Shown here: positions 38,982 to 48,413 of the stretch, one piece after another
Position numbering within the stretch: the stretch's first letter is position 1
How the letters are laid out: every line of letters begins with the position of its first letter
Origin: Opitutales bacterium
GTDB taxonomy: Bacteria > Verrucomicrobiota > Verrucomicrobiia > Opitutales > Opitutaceae
Assembly (NCBI GenBank): GCA_038320495.1
Contig: JBBQEG010000001.1
Span: forward strand, 11,652-75,651
Reading direction: 5' to 3'
DNA length: 64,000 nt
The notes under the pieces: generated by a model
What the model was told of the DNA's origin: nothing
Database searches by the model: none
The model's input: the letters and a program-made list of their open reading frames with translations, nothing else
Made by a program: the position numbers and the translations under genes

Positions 38982-40080
38982 ACCTCAGGCTTTACCTTTT
39001 ACCTCAAGGAATCGGCGCCCGGGCAATCCCCATGAATTGGGGGTTTCGCGCACTGGAAGTGGCGGACTCGGAGAGCTGCAATGCCCTGATTCTCACGGCA
39101 TGCCCTACAAGCTTCGTCTCGAATTCCCTGGTGCGATTTATCATATCATCAATCGGGGCAACTATCGTCGGTGGATATTTGAGGAGTCTGGTGCCAAGGC
39201 CGCGTTCGAGACGTGCCTTTTCGAAGCCTGCAAACGCTGCGAATGGCTGCTCCACGCCTTTGTGATCATGAGCAACCATTTTCACCTCGCCTTGGAGACT
39301 CCGCGAGGGAACTTGGTGACCGGGATGCAGTGGTTGGAATCGACGTATGCGAATCGGTTCAATCGATTCCGGGACGAGCGGGGACATCTCTTTCAAAGCC
39401 GCTACAAGGCATTGTTGGTCGAGCCGGGCGATGCGTTGGGACAGCTTTGCACCTACATTGATCTTAATCCCGTACGGGCGGGCATCGTTTCCGTCGAGCG
39501 CCTGCGGGATCACCGCTACTCAAGCTATTGGTATTTGGACCGGCCGCAGCAAAGACCGATGGAATTGGATTCCACGGCCGCGCTCAGCGCCATCGGCGGA
39601 CTTTCGAACACTCACGCGGGCAGGAACTGCTATGCAGATTATCTCAGGTGGCAGGCGGCAGAGGGGCCGGCGGGAAAAAATGCCGCTTACGTTTCGCTGT
39701 CGAGGGGATGGGCTCTCGGTAGTGACGCATTCAAGGAGGCGTTGGTGCGGAACTACGATCTGGCGGCAGACACCCGCGCTTGGGAATGCGAGGGAGCGAA
39801 GGCGGTGAGCGAGCAACGCTGGCTGGAGAGGCTGCAAAAGGTGTTTGAGTTCCTGCCGCCAGAAATGCGGTTGGCGCGGAGCAGGTCCGCTCCCTGGAAA
39901 GTCGCCATTGCCGCGTACCTAAAAGCCACCACCGACGTATCGAATCCGTGGGTCGCTACTCAGCTTGACATGGGTTCGCCATTCTACGTCAGCAAGCATG
40001 TCGGCCGGCTCCGGCATGGCCTCAATTCAAAGGCGCACCGTCTCTTGCAACGGTTGGAGGTAAAAGGTAAAGCCTGAGGT
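38982..40080 (+). mobile_element. TIR-bounded RAYT-like element, copy 1
   Basis: Perfect 24-bp inverted repeats acctcaggctttaccttttacctc at 38982-39005 and 40057-40080. Confidence 0.88.
39100..40077 (+). CDS. RAYT-like HUH/Y1 tyrosine transposase (intact)
   Basis: YHIINRGN, MSNHFHL (HUH), GHLFQSRY, YIDLNPVRAG; stop codon inside right TIR. Confidence 0.9.
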   Translation: MPYKLRLEFPGAIYHIINRGNYRRWIFEESGAKAAFETCLFEACKRCEWLLHAFVIMSNHFHLALETPRGNLVTGMQWLESTYANRFNRFRDERGHLFQSRYKALLVEPGDALGQLCTYIDLNPVRAGIVSVERLRDHRYSSYWYLDRPQQRPMELDSTAALSAIGGLSNTHAGRNCYADYLRWQAAEGPAGKNAAYVSLSRGWALGSDAFKEALVRNYDLAADTRAWECEGAKAVSEQRWLERLQKVFEFLPPEMRLARSRSAPWKVAIAAYLKATTDVSNPWVATQLDMGSPFYVSKHVGRLRHGLNSKAHRLLQRLEVKGKA

Positions 40081-40115
40081 CGTCAGGTTCGCTCTGTGTC
40101 GGCTGCTGCGACACA

Positions 40116-40143
40116 GAACTCTCGGAGTTGAACTCTCGGAGTT
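40116..40143. repeat. 14-bp tandem duplication
   Basis: gaactctcggagtt twice, preceded by ctgtgtcg/cgacacag hairpin. Confidence 0.8.
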
Positions 40144-40185
40144 AGGCTCCTTGGATTCAAGACGTAAGTGCGACAGAAGTGAGGG

Positions 40186-40530
40186 GTGGACGAGCATCAA
40201 CGGAGTACGGAGGAAAGTTCTCAAATCGCGGCGCTGCGGCAAGGAGGCTTCAGGGCGAGTGCGATCGCGCGGGCTTTGAAGCGGCACCCGAGCACGATCT
40301 ATCGGGAGCTGGCTCGCAACGCTACTCCGTATGATGGGGCGTATCGGCCGAACATGTCGGTGGAGATGACGAACGGTCGCCGACGCCGCTCGCGCTACGG
40401 TCCACGGGACTTTGCTCGGATTGAGGTGCTGCTGCTCCGGCGATAGGGTCGGGAGGAGATCGTGGGGCGGCTCCGGCGGTATGGCCTGCCGGTGATGAGT
40501 CACGAGACGATCTATCTGCCCACTGGTCGC
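40186..40530 (+). pseudogene. IS30-family transposase N-terminal remnant
   Basis: IARALKRHPSTIYRELARN HTH and a later SHETIY motif in another frame; no DDE core. Confidence 0.8.
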
Positions 40531-40584
40531 ACGAATAATGTCCCCCTGCATCCAAATTTCGATTCGGAACGAGCATGAGGCGGC

Positions 40585-41220
40585 TCATTGCTGAGCGTGT
40601 AAGGTAAACCCTTGGTCGCGGGAATAACTGGCGAGCCGGCTGGTCTCGGCGAGCGAGAGCTTTCGCGCTATGCGGCTGCGGTGGCCTTCGAGGGTGCGGC
40701 GCGAGATTTTCAGCTTTGCCGAAATTTCTGCCGACGGCATCTCCTGTCCGATCATTGCCAGGATTTCTTGCTCCCAAGTGCTCAGGAGCCGAACGAAGGA
40801 GTTGCAATCGTGACGGAGATCCTGCCGTGCCTGCAAATATGACGGCGAAAACCACCTAGTCGAGTGCGCGACCGCCGCGAGCGCCTCGGGAACAGCCGTG
40901 ATCAACTCGGAACGTTTGTCGATATAGCCGTCGAGCGGGAGTCGATCGAGGCTATGGACGAGATATGGCTCTAGGTGGAAGGAGATCACCAGCACCTTGA
41001 TCGAGGGGGATTCGGAGCGGATCGCTTGCAGCGCTGCGAGGCCATTCAACTCCGGAAGCCCGATGTCCGCAATCACGGCATCGGGAGCGGCATTACGGGC
41101 AATATCGACTATTTCCCTGCCACTCCAAGTGTCGCCCACGACCTCGTGTCCGCTGCGGCTGCATACTTTCACGATCAACTCCCGAAACATCAGCAAATCT
41201 TCGGCGATGGCTACCTTCAT
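40585..41220 (-). CDS. NarL/LuxR-family response regulator (no adjacent kinase)
   Basis: REC domain (ADIGLPELNG, YIDK) plus LuxR HTH (ISRRTLEGHR..KL). Confidence 0.88.
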   Translation of the reverse strand: MKVAIAEDLLMFRELIVKVCSRSGHEVVGDTWSGREIVDIARNAAPDAVIADIGLPELNGLAALQAIRSESPSIKVLVISFHLEPYLVHSLDRLPLDGYIDKRSELITAVPEALAAVAHSTRWFSPSYLQARQDLRHDCNSFVRLLSTWEQEILAMIGQEMPSAEISAKLKISRRTLEGHRSRIARKLSLAETSRLASYSRDQGFTLHAQQ

Positions 41221-41490
41221 CGGTCGCGATGTGCTCAAGGGATCGAGGGCCGGGCAAGCCGAAAAGCAATTAGTTGGCTGTTGCGGTTGAGGACACTGAG
41301 TCGCCCAACAATCCAATCCGGCGCGCGATCATTGATTGATGATGTCAAGGTGAAAAACTGCGCGAGCTTGCGCGCTTTAACCGATTGTCGCGCGTGTCGT
41401 GAAACGCAGGTTTCGGAGCATCCCCGTGACGCCCGATCTTCGGTTGGGAGCAGCATGCAACACGAACCTGTATAACTTTGCACGTCAATA

Positions 41491-44400
41491 ATGCCGTATA
41501 TGATTCCCTTGTCCAAACTCCTACCGACTCAGCGGCGCGGCGTTCAACCCAAAGCGGAATCGTGGTTCCGAGAAGCAATGCGATATTGTGGCCACGCGGC
41601 CCTAGCAGGTGCGATCTTCGTGCAGAGTACGTGGGCGTGCATCGACTGGGAGTATCATGAACGGGTCATCAACTCCTACCGGGACGTCAACGGATGTCTC
41701 ATCACGAATTACGAGTCCTGGGAGGAAGGCTGGAACTCGAGCACCTACACGGTGATCGTCCAGAACCAGAATTACTGGTCGAGCGACCCGGAGGATTGCC
41801 CGCCCGAGGAGGAATCCTGCTATGGCGCCGAGGAGTGCCAGGATTGCCCGGAGCTGGAGGGGGCGAATCCTTTTCGGCCATTCGACGGCAATGTGAGCCG
41901 CACGGTGCGGGACCTGCTGGTTGCGGGCGCGGCCCGGCGGGATTTCGGGTGGACGCGTCATCACAATACGGTGCCCGTGACCGACCTCTGCTATTTCGGC
42001 CGAGCGGGTGGCTGGCGGCACAACTGGCAGTTCGATTTATTCGAACTTTCGAGTGCCGGCCGGCGGAAACTGGGGGAGGAGCGCACGGGCCTTGTGTTCA
42101 TCTATCCCAACGGCATCTCGCGAATATTCCGGCCGCACGCGGACGGGACATGGCGCTCTTCGTCGGCAGACGTTCAGGAAACGCTGCACGAGACCAGCGG
42201 CGGGTTCGAGGTGAAGACGGGCGAGGACGTGCGGCTGGCGTTTGTCCAGAAGAGCGGCGGGCAGGGCTTGCCGCGCTATGAGATGGTGCGGATGACGGAG
42301 CGCAACGGTGCCGTGACGTCATTGAGCTATGGCGTGACCGGATATATGACGCGGGTGCAGGAACCGGGCGGTCGCACCCTAGATGTTTCTTATCGCCAAG
42401 TGCCTTTCGGCAAAGGGGTGTGGCACATGATCGGCGCCGTGACGGGCGCGGCTTCCGCAGGTGCCTGGGTCGAGTTCGACGCGCCAGCGGGGCTGCGCGA
42501 AAAGGCGTTCCGTCACCTCCGCGTGCGGAGCGCGCAGGATGGAGCTCCCGTTGCGGTGGCTGAGGTCCAGTTTATCGCGGCGGATGGCACCCTGCTGGCC
42601 GGCGCAGCCAATGGCACGGGCGAGGCGCCCAGCGCGGCATTTGACGGCAATCCGGCGACGACTTTCAAAGGAAGCCGATCGTCGATTAATGTGCTGGGCA
42701 TTGACCTCGGCGAACGAAGAGAGAAATCCGTGGCAAAAGTGCGCCTCCTGCCGATGGCGACGGCTCCGCTCGCCGACGCGCTGATCGAGGGACTCGAGCT
42801 GATCCCGGCCTCACGCGAAGTCGTAACCAAGGTCGAGGCGAGTGACGGACGGAGCGTGGCTTATGGCTACGAGTTGATCAAGAATCCCGTCACGGCCCAT
42901 GACTACATCGCGCTGACAAGTGTCCAATATGGCGACGGCGCGAATGCCCGCTATAAATACGAGACGATCACTGCAACCGAGCGGCCGTTGCTTGTGGAGG
43001 CAGACGATCCCCGCTACGAGCTCCCGGCGAAGCGCATCCGCTACGCCTACTACGACAAACTCGGGATGATCCACCGGGAGATCAATCCCGCCACGGGCGG
43101 GGTTTACAACAGCTTGGAGCTCGATCCGGCGAATCCCGACAAACGGCTGATTGTCTATTCGGACCTAAGGACGGTGACCTATATCATGCCGGCTGCACTT
43201 CGCGGGCAACCTACCGAACGCATTGACGGCATTGGGCGTCGAGAGACATTCGAATACGCCAACAATGGAACCGGCCGGCTGGTGGCTGCGGTGGAGGCAA
43301 GCGGAGATCGAGTAGAATACGCTTATGGCGCAAACGGGAAGCTGGCGGAACGCCGGCGCAACGGACGCCTGGAGCATCGGGTCGAATACGACGAGGCCGG
43401 CCGGGTGCTCCGGCAGACTGGCGGTGACGGCAGACAGACGGTGTATTCCCGGGACGGCTCGGGCCGCGTCGTGAAACTGACCGCGCCAGACGGAATCTCG
43501 CGCAGCTGGAAATACGACGGGGCAGGCCGTGTGACGGAGTTTCGCGACAAAACCGGCGGGGCCCATACGTTTACCTACGATTCGCGCGGCCTCAGGACGG
43601 AATGGCGAAATCCCGAAAGCGGTGTGACGAAATTACGCTATGACCGGCATGATCGACTGATCGAGGTCACCGATCCGGTCGGGCGCAGCTTCAAGAAAGA
43701 ATACAACGAGCGCGGGCTTGTCACCCAGATCGTATTTCCCGACAGGACGACGAAGCGGTTCGAGTTCGACACCTACGGCCGGCCGGTGGCGCTGACGGAC
43801 CGGGACGGCAGGACGGCCCGGCTGGCGTATGATGAAATGAGCCGCGTGGTGCAGCGTACAGACCCGACCGGTGGGGTGACGCAGTTCGACTATTCCGACC
43901 TCCCTCAGGGCTGCGGATCCTGCAGCACGACTACCCGGCCGTCTCGCATCATCGCGCCGGATGGCAGAATCATCTCGATCCTGTTTGACGGCGAAGGCCG
44001 CGTGCTCGCGCAGACGGTGGCCGAAGGCACGCCCCAGCAGGCGACGACCACGTTTGAATACGACGCGCGAAACAACATCGTCGCCGCCACCGATCCACTC
44101 GGCCGGGTGACACGTTATACGTTTGACGGGCGCGGCAACCGGATCTCCGCGACCGATCCTCTCGGCCGCTCCACGCGCTGGACTTACGACGCGGAGGACA
44201 ATCCGGTGGCGATCACGTCGGCTGCGGGCGGGGTCACGGAATTGGAATACGATGCGAATGGCCGCGTGACGGCGCGGAAGAATCCCGCGGGCGCGGTCAC
44301 CCGCTATGCATATGACGATGTCGGGAACTTGGTGCGACGCACGGATCCCTCGGGCAAGGTGACGGACTATGCCTATCGAGGAAAGCGCCGGACGGCGGTT

Positions 44401-46692
44401 GTTCATCCGGACGGGAAAACGGAGAGTTGGACCTACGACGTCGTCGGCCGCGTCGCGAAAGCAAAAACGATCGATGGAATGGAGACGGAACTCGTGTATG
44501 ACGACGGCGACCGGGTCACCCGGGCGCGCGCGGCATCACCGGCTGGAAAAGTCACAGTGGTGCAGCACCGGTATGATGCAGCCGGGCGGCGCGTCGGATC
44601 GAAGAAGGATAGCGGACCCGAGCAGCAGTGGAGTTACGATGCGCTCGGAAACGCCACGCTGGAAATGGCGCCGGACGGCGGGAGGACGTGGAGATCCTAT
44701 GACGCTCGCGGCCGGCTAGTTTCGGTCATCGATCGTGGCGGCAACACATCCACCTACAACTACGATGAGTTCGGCGACATGGTGCGTTTCGTCGATGCCG
44801 GCGGCAACGCCTACGCCTTCGCCTACGATGCCTTGCACCGCAAGGTTGGCCTCACCTATCCCGACGGGACGATGGAGCGGTGGGGCTACAGTCTCGGAGG
44901 TGAACTGATTTCGTATACGAACCGTTCGGGCCAGACGAAGGCGATCGCCTATAATCTCGCGAGCCAGCCGATTTCCGAGACGTGGACCGAAGCAGCCGGC
45001 GCAGCCGACGCGCCGGTCCTGCCTCCGGCCGTGCATTACACTTACGACGATTCGGGGCGTCTGGCGACGCTCGATAACGGACACGCCAAGCTGAGCTATA
45101 CCTACGACAACTTGAGCCGGATGGCTTCGGAGACCATGGATTTGTCGTCGATCATCGCGGGCGGGCCGAAACAGACAATCGGTTATGGCTATGATGAGTT
45201 CAGCCGCCTCGCACGGGTCCAGTATCCGGACGACACCACGGTTCATCGTGACTACGATTCCTCTGACCGGCTGACGTCCGTGCGCGCGGGTGGTCGGGAA
45301 CTGGGCTCCTACCGCTACACGTCGGCAGGGAATGTGGCGGAGATCAAACGGGCGAACGGCATCGCCACCTCCCACGACTATACGCCGGCGGGAATCCTCG
45401 CGGGCGTGACCCATGCTTCAGAGGGACGCATCCTCGCCGCCGTCAGTTACGATCACGATGTCAATGGACGACGGGCCGAAGCGTCGCGAGAGGACGGCGC
45501 CAACGAAAGCCACTCCTACGACGCGTCCGGAAACCTGAGCGGAGTCCAGCGCAGCGATAGCCGGGCCTCGGAGACGTTCCATTACGATGGAATGGGGAAT
45601 CGCGTGCGCAGCACGCAGGCGCAGCGCGGCGGGGAGTCCGCGAGCCAGGCCGCCCGGGATACTGACTATATAACAAATTCGTTGAACCAATATATCAAAA
45701 CGGGAGCCAGTTCGCTCACCTATGACCGGAATGGAAACCTCACGCGGGACGCCAGCCAGAGCTATCGCTACGACGGTCAGAACCGGCTCGTGGAAGTAGA
45801 GAGTGCCACAACGAAATCGGTGTTCCGGTATGACGCGCGGAACCGCTGCGTCGCCCGGCTGGTTTATGCGAACGCGGACGCAGCGTGGAAGCTCGACGAG
45901 AGCCGCTCGCGGGCGCTGACCTACGATCACCGCTGGAGCCTCCTGGCGGAGCGATCGCTCGACGGAAAGCACAACGCGACATATGTCCCCGGCGCGGCGT
46001 TCGACGAGATCCTCGCGGTGCGGGACAGCGAAAGCTGGAAGTATCCTCTGCGCGATGGCATTGGCAGCACGATAGCGGTAACGAACGCGGCAGGCGGGAT
46101 CGTCAGCCGGTTCCAGTATGACGCCTTCGGGCGACCGCATGCGTCGGACGCCGCTCAGCGTCCGGCAAAGATTGCGGCCACCGGCTTCCGTTTCCTATTC
46201 ACCGGGCGCGAATGGATCGAGGACCACGGCCTAAGCGATCATCGACATCGTTACCTGCGGCCGGAGCACGGGCGATGGTTGACCCCTGATCCGATCGGCT
46301 TCGACGGCGGCCAGAACCTGTATGCCTACGCGGCCAACGATCCGGTGAATCTCGCGGATCCGATGGGCCAGACCCCATTTGCGGGAGCGGTGGCCGGGGC
46401 GCAGATCGGCACGGCGGTTCTGCCTGGCGTTGGCACTGTAATTGGCACTTTGATCGGCGCCGGGGTGGGTTATATCGTGATCCGCTGGGGCGTCTCCAAG
46501 GTATGTTCCTATTCGGTGTCGGGCAGCCACGTTACCACGGTAGGCAAGTGTCAGATATTTGACATCGATACAAGCGGACCTTTCGTCGGTTGTCTATACC
46601 GCTGTGCCAACGGGCAGATCGTGCGCGGTGAATACGGCTCGAGCAACGGCCAGATCAGCGGCTGTGCTTCGGAAATCGACGATCCAACCTAA
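41491..46692 (+). CDS. RHS/YD-repeat protein with signal peptide-like N-terminus and C-terminal toxin-like tip
   Basis: Many YD repeats, RHS core FTGREW..GRWLTPDPIG..DPMG; likely start 41578. Confidence 0.92.
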   Translation: MPYMIPLSKLLPTQRRGVQPKAESWFREAMRYCGHAALAGAIFVQSTWACIDWEYHERVINSYRDVNGCLITNYESWEEGWNSSTYTVIVQNQNYWSSDPEDCPPEEESCYGAEECQDCPELEGANPFRPFDGNVSRTVRDLLVAGAARRDFGWTRHHNTVPVTDLCYFGRAGGWRHNWQFDLFELSSAGRRKLGEERTGLVFIYPNGISRIFRPHADGTWRSSSADVQETLHETSGGFEVKTGEDVRLAFVQKSGGQGLPRYEMVRMTERNGAVTSLSYGVTGYMTRVQEPGGRTLDVSYRQVPFGKGVWHMIGAVTGAASAGAWVEFDAPAGLREKAFRHLRVRSAQDGAPVAVAEVQFIAADGTLLAGAANGTGEAPSAAFDGNPATTFKGSRSSINVLGIDLGERREKSVAKVRLLPMATAPLADALIEGLELIPASREVVTKVEASDGRSVAYGYELIKNPVTAHDYIALTSVQYGDGANARYKYETITATERPLLVEADDPRYELPAKRIRYAYYDKLGMIHREINPATGGVYNSLELDPANPDKRLIVYSDLRTVTYIMPAALRGQPTERIDGIGRRETFEYANNGTGRLVAAVEASGDRVEYAYGANGKLAERRRNGRLEHRVEYDEAGRVLRQTGGDGRQTVYSRDGSGRVVKLTAPDGISRSWKYDGAGRVTEFRDKTGGAHTFTYDSRGLRTEWRNPESGVTKLRYDRHDRLIEVTDPVGRSFKKEYNERGLVTQIVFPDRTTKRFEFDTYGRPVALTDRDGRTARLAYDEMSRVVQRTDPTGGVTQFDYSDLPQGCGSCSTTTRPSRIIAPDGRIISILFDGEGRVLAQTVAEGTPQQATTTFEYDARNNIVAATDPLGRVTRYTFDGRGNRISATDPLGRSTRWTYDAEDNPVAITSAAGGVTELEYDANGRVTARKNPAGAVTRYAYDDVGNLVRRTDPSGKVTDYAYRGKRRTAVVHPDGKTESWTYDVVGRVAKAKTIDGMETELVYDDGDRVTRARAASPAGKVTVVQHRYDAAGRRVGSKKDSGPEQQWSYDALGNATLEMAPDGGRTWRSYDARGRLVSVIDRGGNTSTYNYDEFGDMVRFVDAGGNAYAFAYDALHRKVGLTYPDGTMERWGYSLGGELISYTNRSGQTKAIAYNLASQPISETWTEAAGAADAPVLPPAVHYTYDDSGRLATLDNGHAKLSYTYDNLSRMASETMDLSSIIAGGPKQTIGYGYDEFSRLARVQYPDDTTVHRDYDSSDRLTSVRAGGRELGSYRYTSAGNVAEIKRANGIATSHDYTPAGILAGVTHASEGRILAAVSYDHDVNGRRAEASREDGANESHSYDASGNLSGVQRSDSRASETFHYDGMGNRVRSTQAQRGGESASQAARDTDYITNSLNQYIKTGASSLTYDRNGNLTRDASQSYRYDGQNRLVEVESATTKSVFRYDARNRCVARLVYANADAAWKLDESRSRALTYDHRWSLLAERSLDGKHNATYVPGAAFDEILAVRDSESWKYPLRDGIGSTIAVTNAAGGIVSRFQYDAFGRPHASDAAQRPAKIAATGFRFLFTGREWIEDHGLSDHRHRYLRPEHGRWLTPDPIGFDGGQNLYAYAANDPVNLADPMGQTPFAGAVAGAQIGTAVLPGVGTVIGTLIGAGVGYIVIRWGVSKVCSYSVSGSHVTTVGKCQIFDIDTSGPFVGCLYRCANGQIVRGEYGSSNGQISGCASEIDDPT

Positions 46693-47189
46693 TGAACTTG
46701 ATCCCCGCAGACCTGAAAGCACGAGTGGGCTCGACCGCGCCCTTGAGCGAAGGCGACGTCGAGCAACTCTGGCAGATTCTCGAATCACCGACCGCCATCG
46801 AGGTTCTTTTTGCGGCGAAGGCCCTGCTGCGGCCGCCCACGATCTCAGGCCTGACCCGGTCGGAGATCGCCCGGGCGGTGGCTCGGGTCCTGGCGGTGCG
46901 CCCGAGGCTGGCGACGATGGAGGAGCGATTCGCGGCGCTGTGGGCGGTCATGTATGTCCCGGCCGATCTCTACGAGACTCCTACTGAGGATTTCGTCTAC
47001 GATTGCGTACGAGTCGAAGAGCCAGCCATCCGAGGAAATGCGGTGATCCTCGTTGGCAAGCTCGCGAGGATCGGAAATGCCCGCGCCATGGGGCTGCTCC
47101 GCGAACTCGCGCAGGACGCCGATGAAATCGTGCGCACGAATGCCACAATCAACCTGAGGGCCATCGAAACGAAAGAACCCCATGCGTGA
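46692..47189 (+). CDS. HEAT-repeat protein, putative RHS immunity
   Basis: 1-bp overlap with RHS stop; IRGNAVILVGKL and DEIVRTNA HEAT-like helices. Confidence 0.65.
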   Translation: MNLIPADLKARVGSTAPLSEGDVEQLWQILESPTAIEVLFAAKALLRPPTISGLTRSEIARAVARVLAVRPRLATMEERFAALWAVMYVPADLYETPTEDFVYDCVRVEEPAIRGNAVILVGKLARIGNARAMGLLRELAQDADEIVRTNATINLRAIETKEPHA

Positions 47190-47865
47190 AATACAAAGAC
47201 GCCGGCTCCGGTATCTCGGGGCGTTTTGGCTGGTGGCGACAGGACTGGCGCTTGAAGGCTATTGTTCCGTCCCGTCCCAGCTTGTCTGGGAAAGTAAGGA
47301 GTTGAAGCTTTCGGCCGAGCCGGGCCGTCCGGCCATTCTCGCGGAATTCAGGTTTAAGAACGCAAGCGACCGCGCTGTCACGCTGACATCGATCCACCCG
47401 AGTTGCGAGTGCATGAAGGTCACCAGCGACCGCGCGTCGTATGGGCCAGGAGAGCAGGGCAGCATCCACGTGGCGATGGAGCTCAAAGGCATTTCGGGAC
47501 GACTAAAGCGCTCGATTGCGATCAGCACAAGCGGTGTCGGCGCAGTCGAGGAAGCGCTCACGCTCGCAGTGGACGTGAGGGAAGCGGTCGCCTTGAGCGC
47601 CACGCGCGTTCTCTGGAAAATCGGTGCGGAGCCGCGTGAACAGCGGGTTACGGCGAGGACAAACGAGACCAATGCTGTGGTGCGAAGCGTGGAGTGCAGC
47701 GACTCCCGATTTAAAGCCTCGCTGCAGGCGGGCGCCACCGAATCCGAACGGACCATCGTGATCGCACCCAGCCAGACCGCGATGGCGGGTCAGGCCTTGA
47801 TCCGCGTAAACACCGTCGTGGACGGCCACGCGCGCGTGGCGATCATTCACGCCGCGGTGCATTAG
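47182..47865 (+). CDS. DUF1573 (Ig/PapD-like) exported protein
   Basis: Signal-like N-terminus, F.FKN, SCECM, PGEQG motif. Confidence 0.8.
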   Translation: MREIQRRRLRYLGAFWLVATGLALEGYCSVPSQLVWESKELKLSAEPGRPAILAEFRFKNASDRAVTLTSIHPSCECMKVTSDRASYGPGEQGSIHVAMELKGISGRLKRSIAISTSGVGAVEEALTLAVDVREAVALSATRVLWKIGAEPREQRVTARTNETNAVVRSVECSDSRFKASLQAGATESERTIVIAPSQTAMAGQALIRVNTVVDGHARVAIIHAAVH

Positions 47866-48324
47866 CCGGTCTGCTCGGCCGTAGCTAAAGTGCTGGTGAC
47901 CATAACAGCATTTGCGCTGCCCAACGGGTTGCATGCCCGCTCATCGTCTCCGGCTGCGACGCCTGCGAGAAACCCCGCGCTCATCGCTCAATCCGGTTCA
48001 CGGAGGGAAGAAAATCCACCCAATCGAAGAAGATCTTCTTTGATGAAGCCGGGAAAGAATATCGACGGAAGAAACCGTGACTTTCAAACCGCCAGCTTCA
48101 CGTGAGTTTCATCCCGCCACTGGCAGAACGGGAGGACGCAAGTTGACTGGCCGCCAAAGGGCACGTGCGCAAGTGCGATTGAGCCAAGTTCTCTCCGCAC
48201 CAAGCGAAGCGAAGATCCACAGGAAGCAGATGAACCGCTCGTTTAGCTTGCGCTTGTAGATTGCAATCGCAGCGGGATCGATCGGCAGATTTCCGTGTTT
48301 TGCGAAGGCTCCCTTGATCTCCGA

Positions 48325-48402
48325 TCAGACGCAGCAGTTCGCCGTGTCGTCGCTTTCCAATTTCGCGAGGATCGTCTTTGCACGGTCGATGACACTTAGT
48401 GG
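48325..48402 (-). pseudogene. Short MutS C-terminal-like fragment
   Basis: Manual translation PLSVIDRAKTILAKLESDDT resembles the MutS P.SVI.RAK.IL..LE helix. Confidence 0.5.
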
Positions 48403-48413
48403 AACGGCCGAAC

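Noticed and set aside
38792-39035. Small ORFs sharing the peptide VHSIST with ORF 38430-38723
   Set aside because: Artefact of the 22-bp inverted repeat
43250-45850. Recurring tacgac/gatccg motifs as a DNA repeat array
   Set aside because: Explained by YD-repeat codons of the RHS protein
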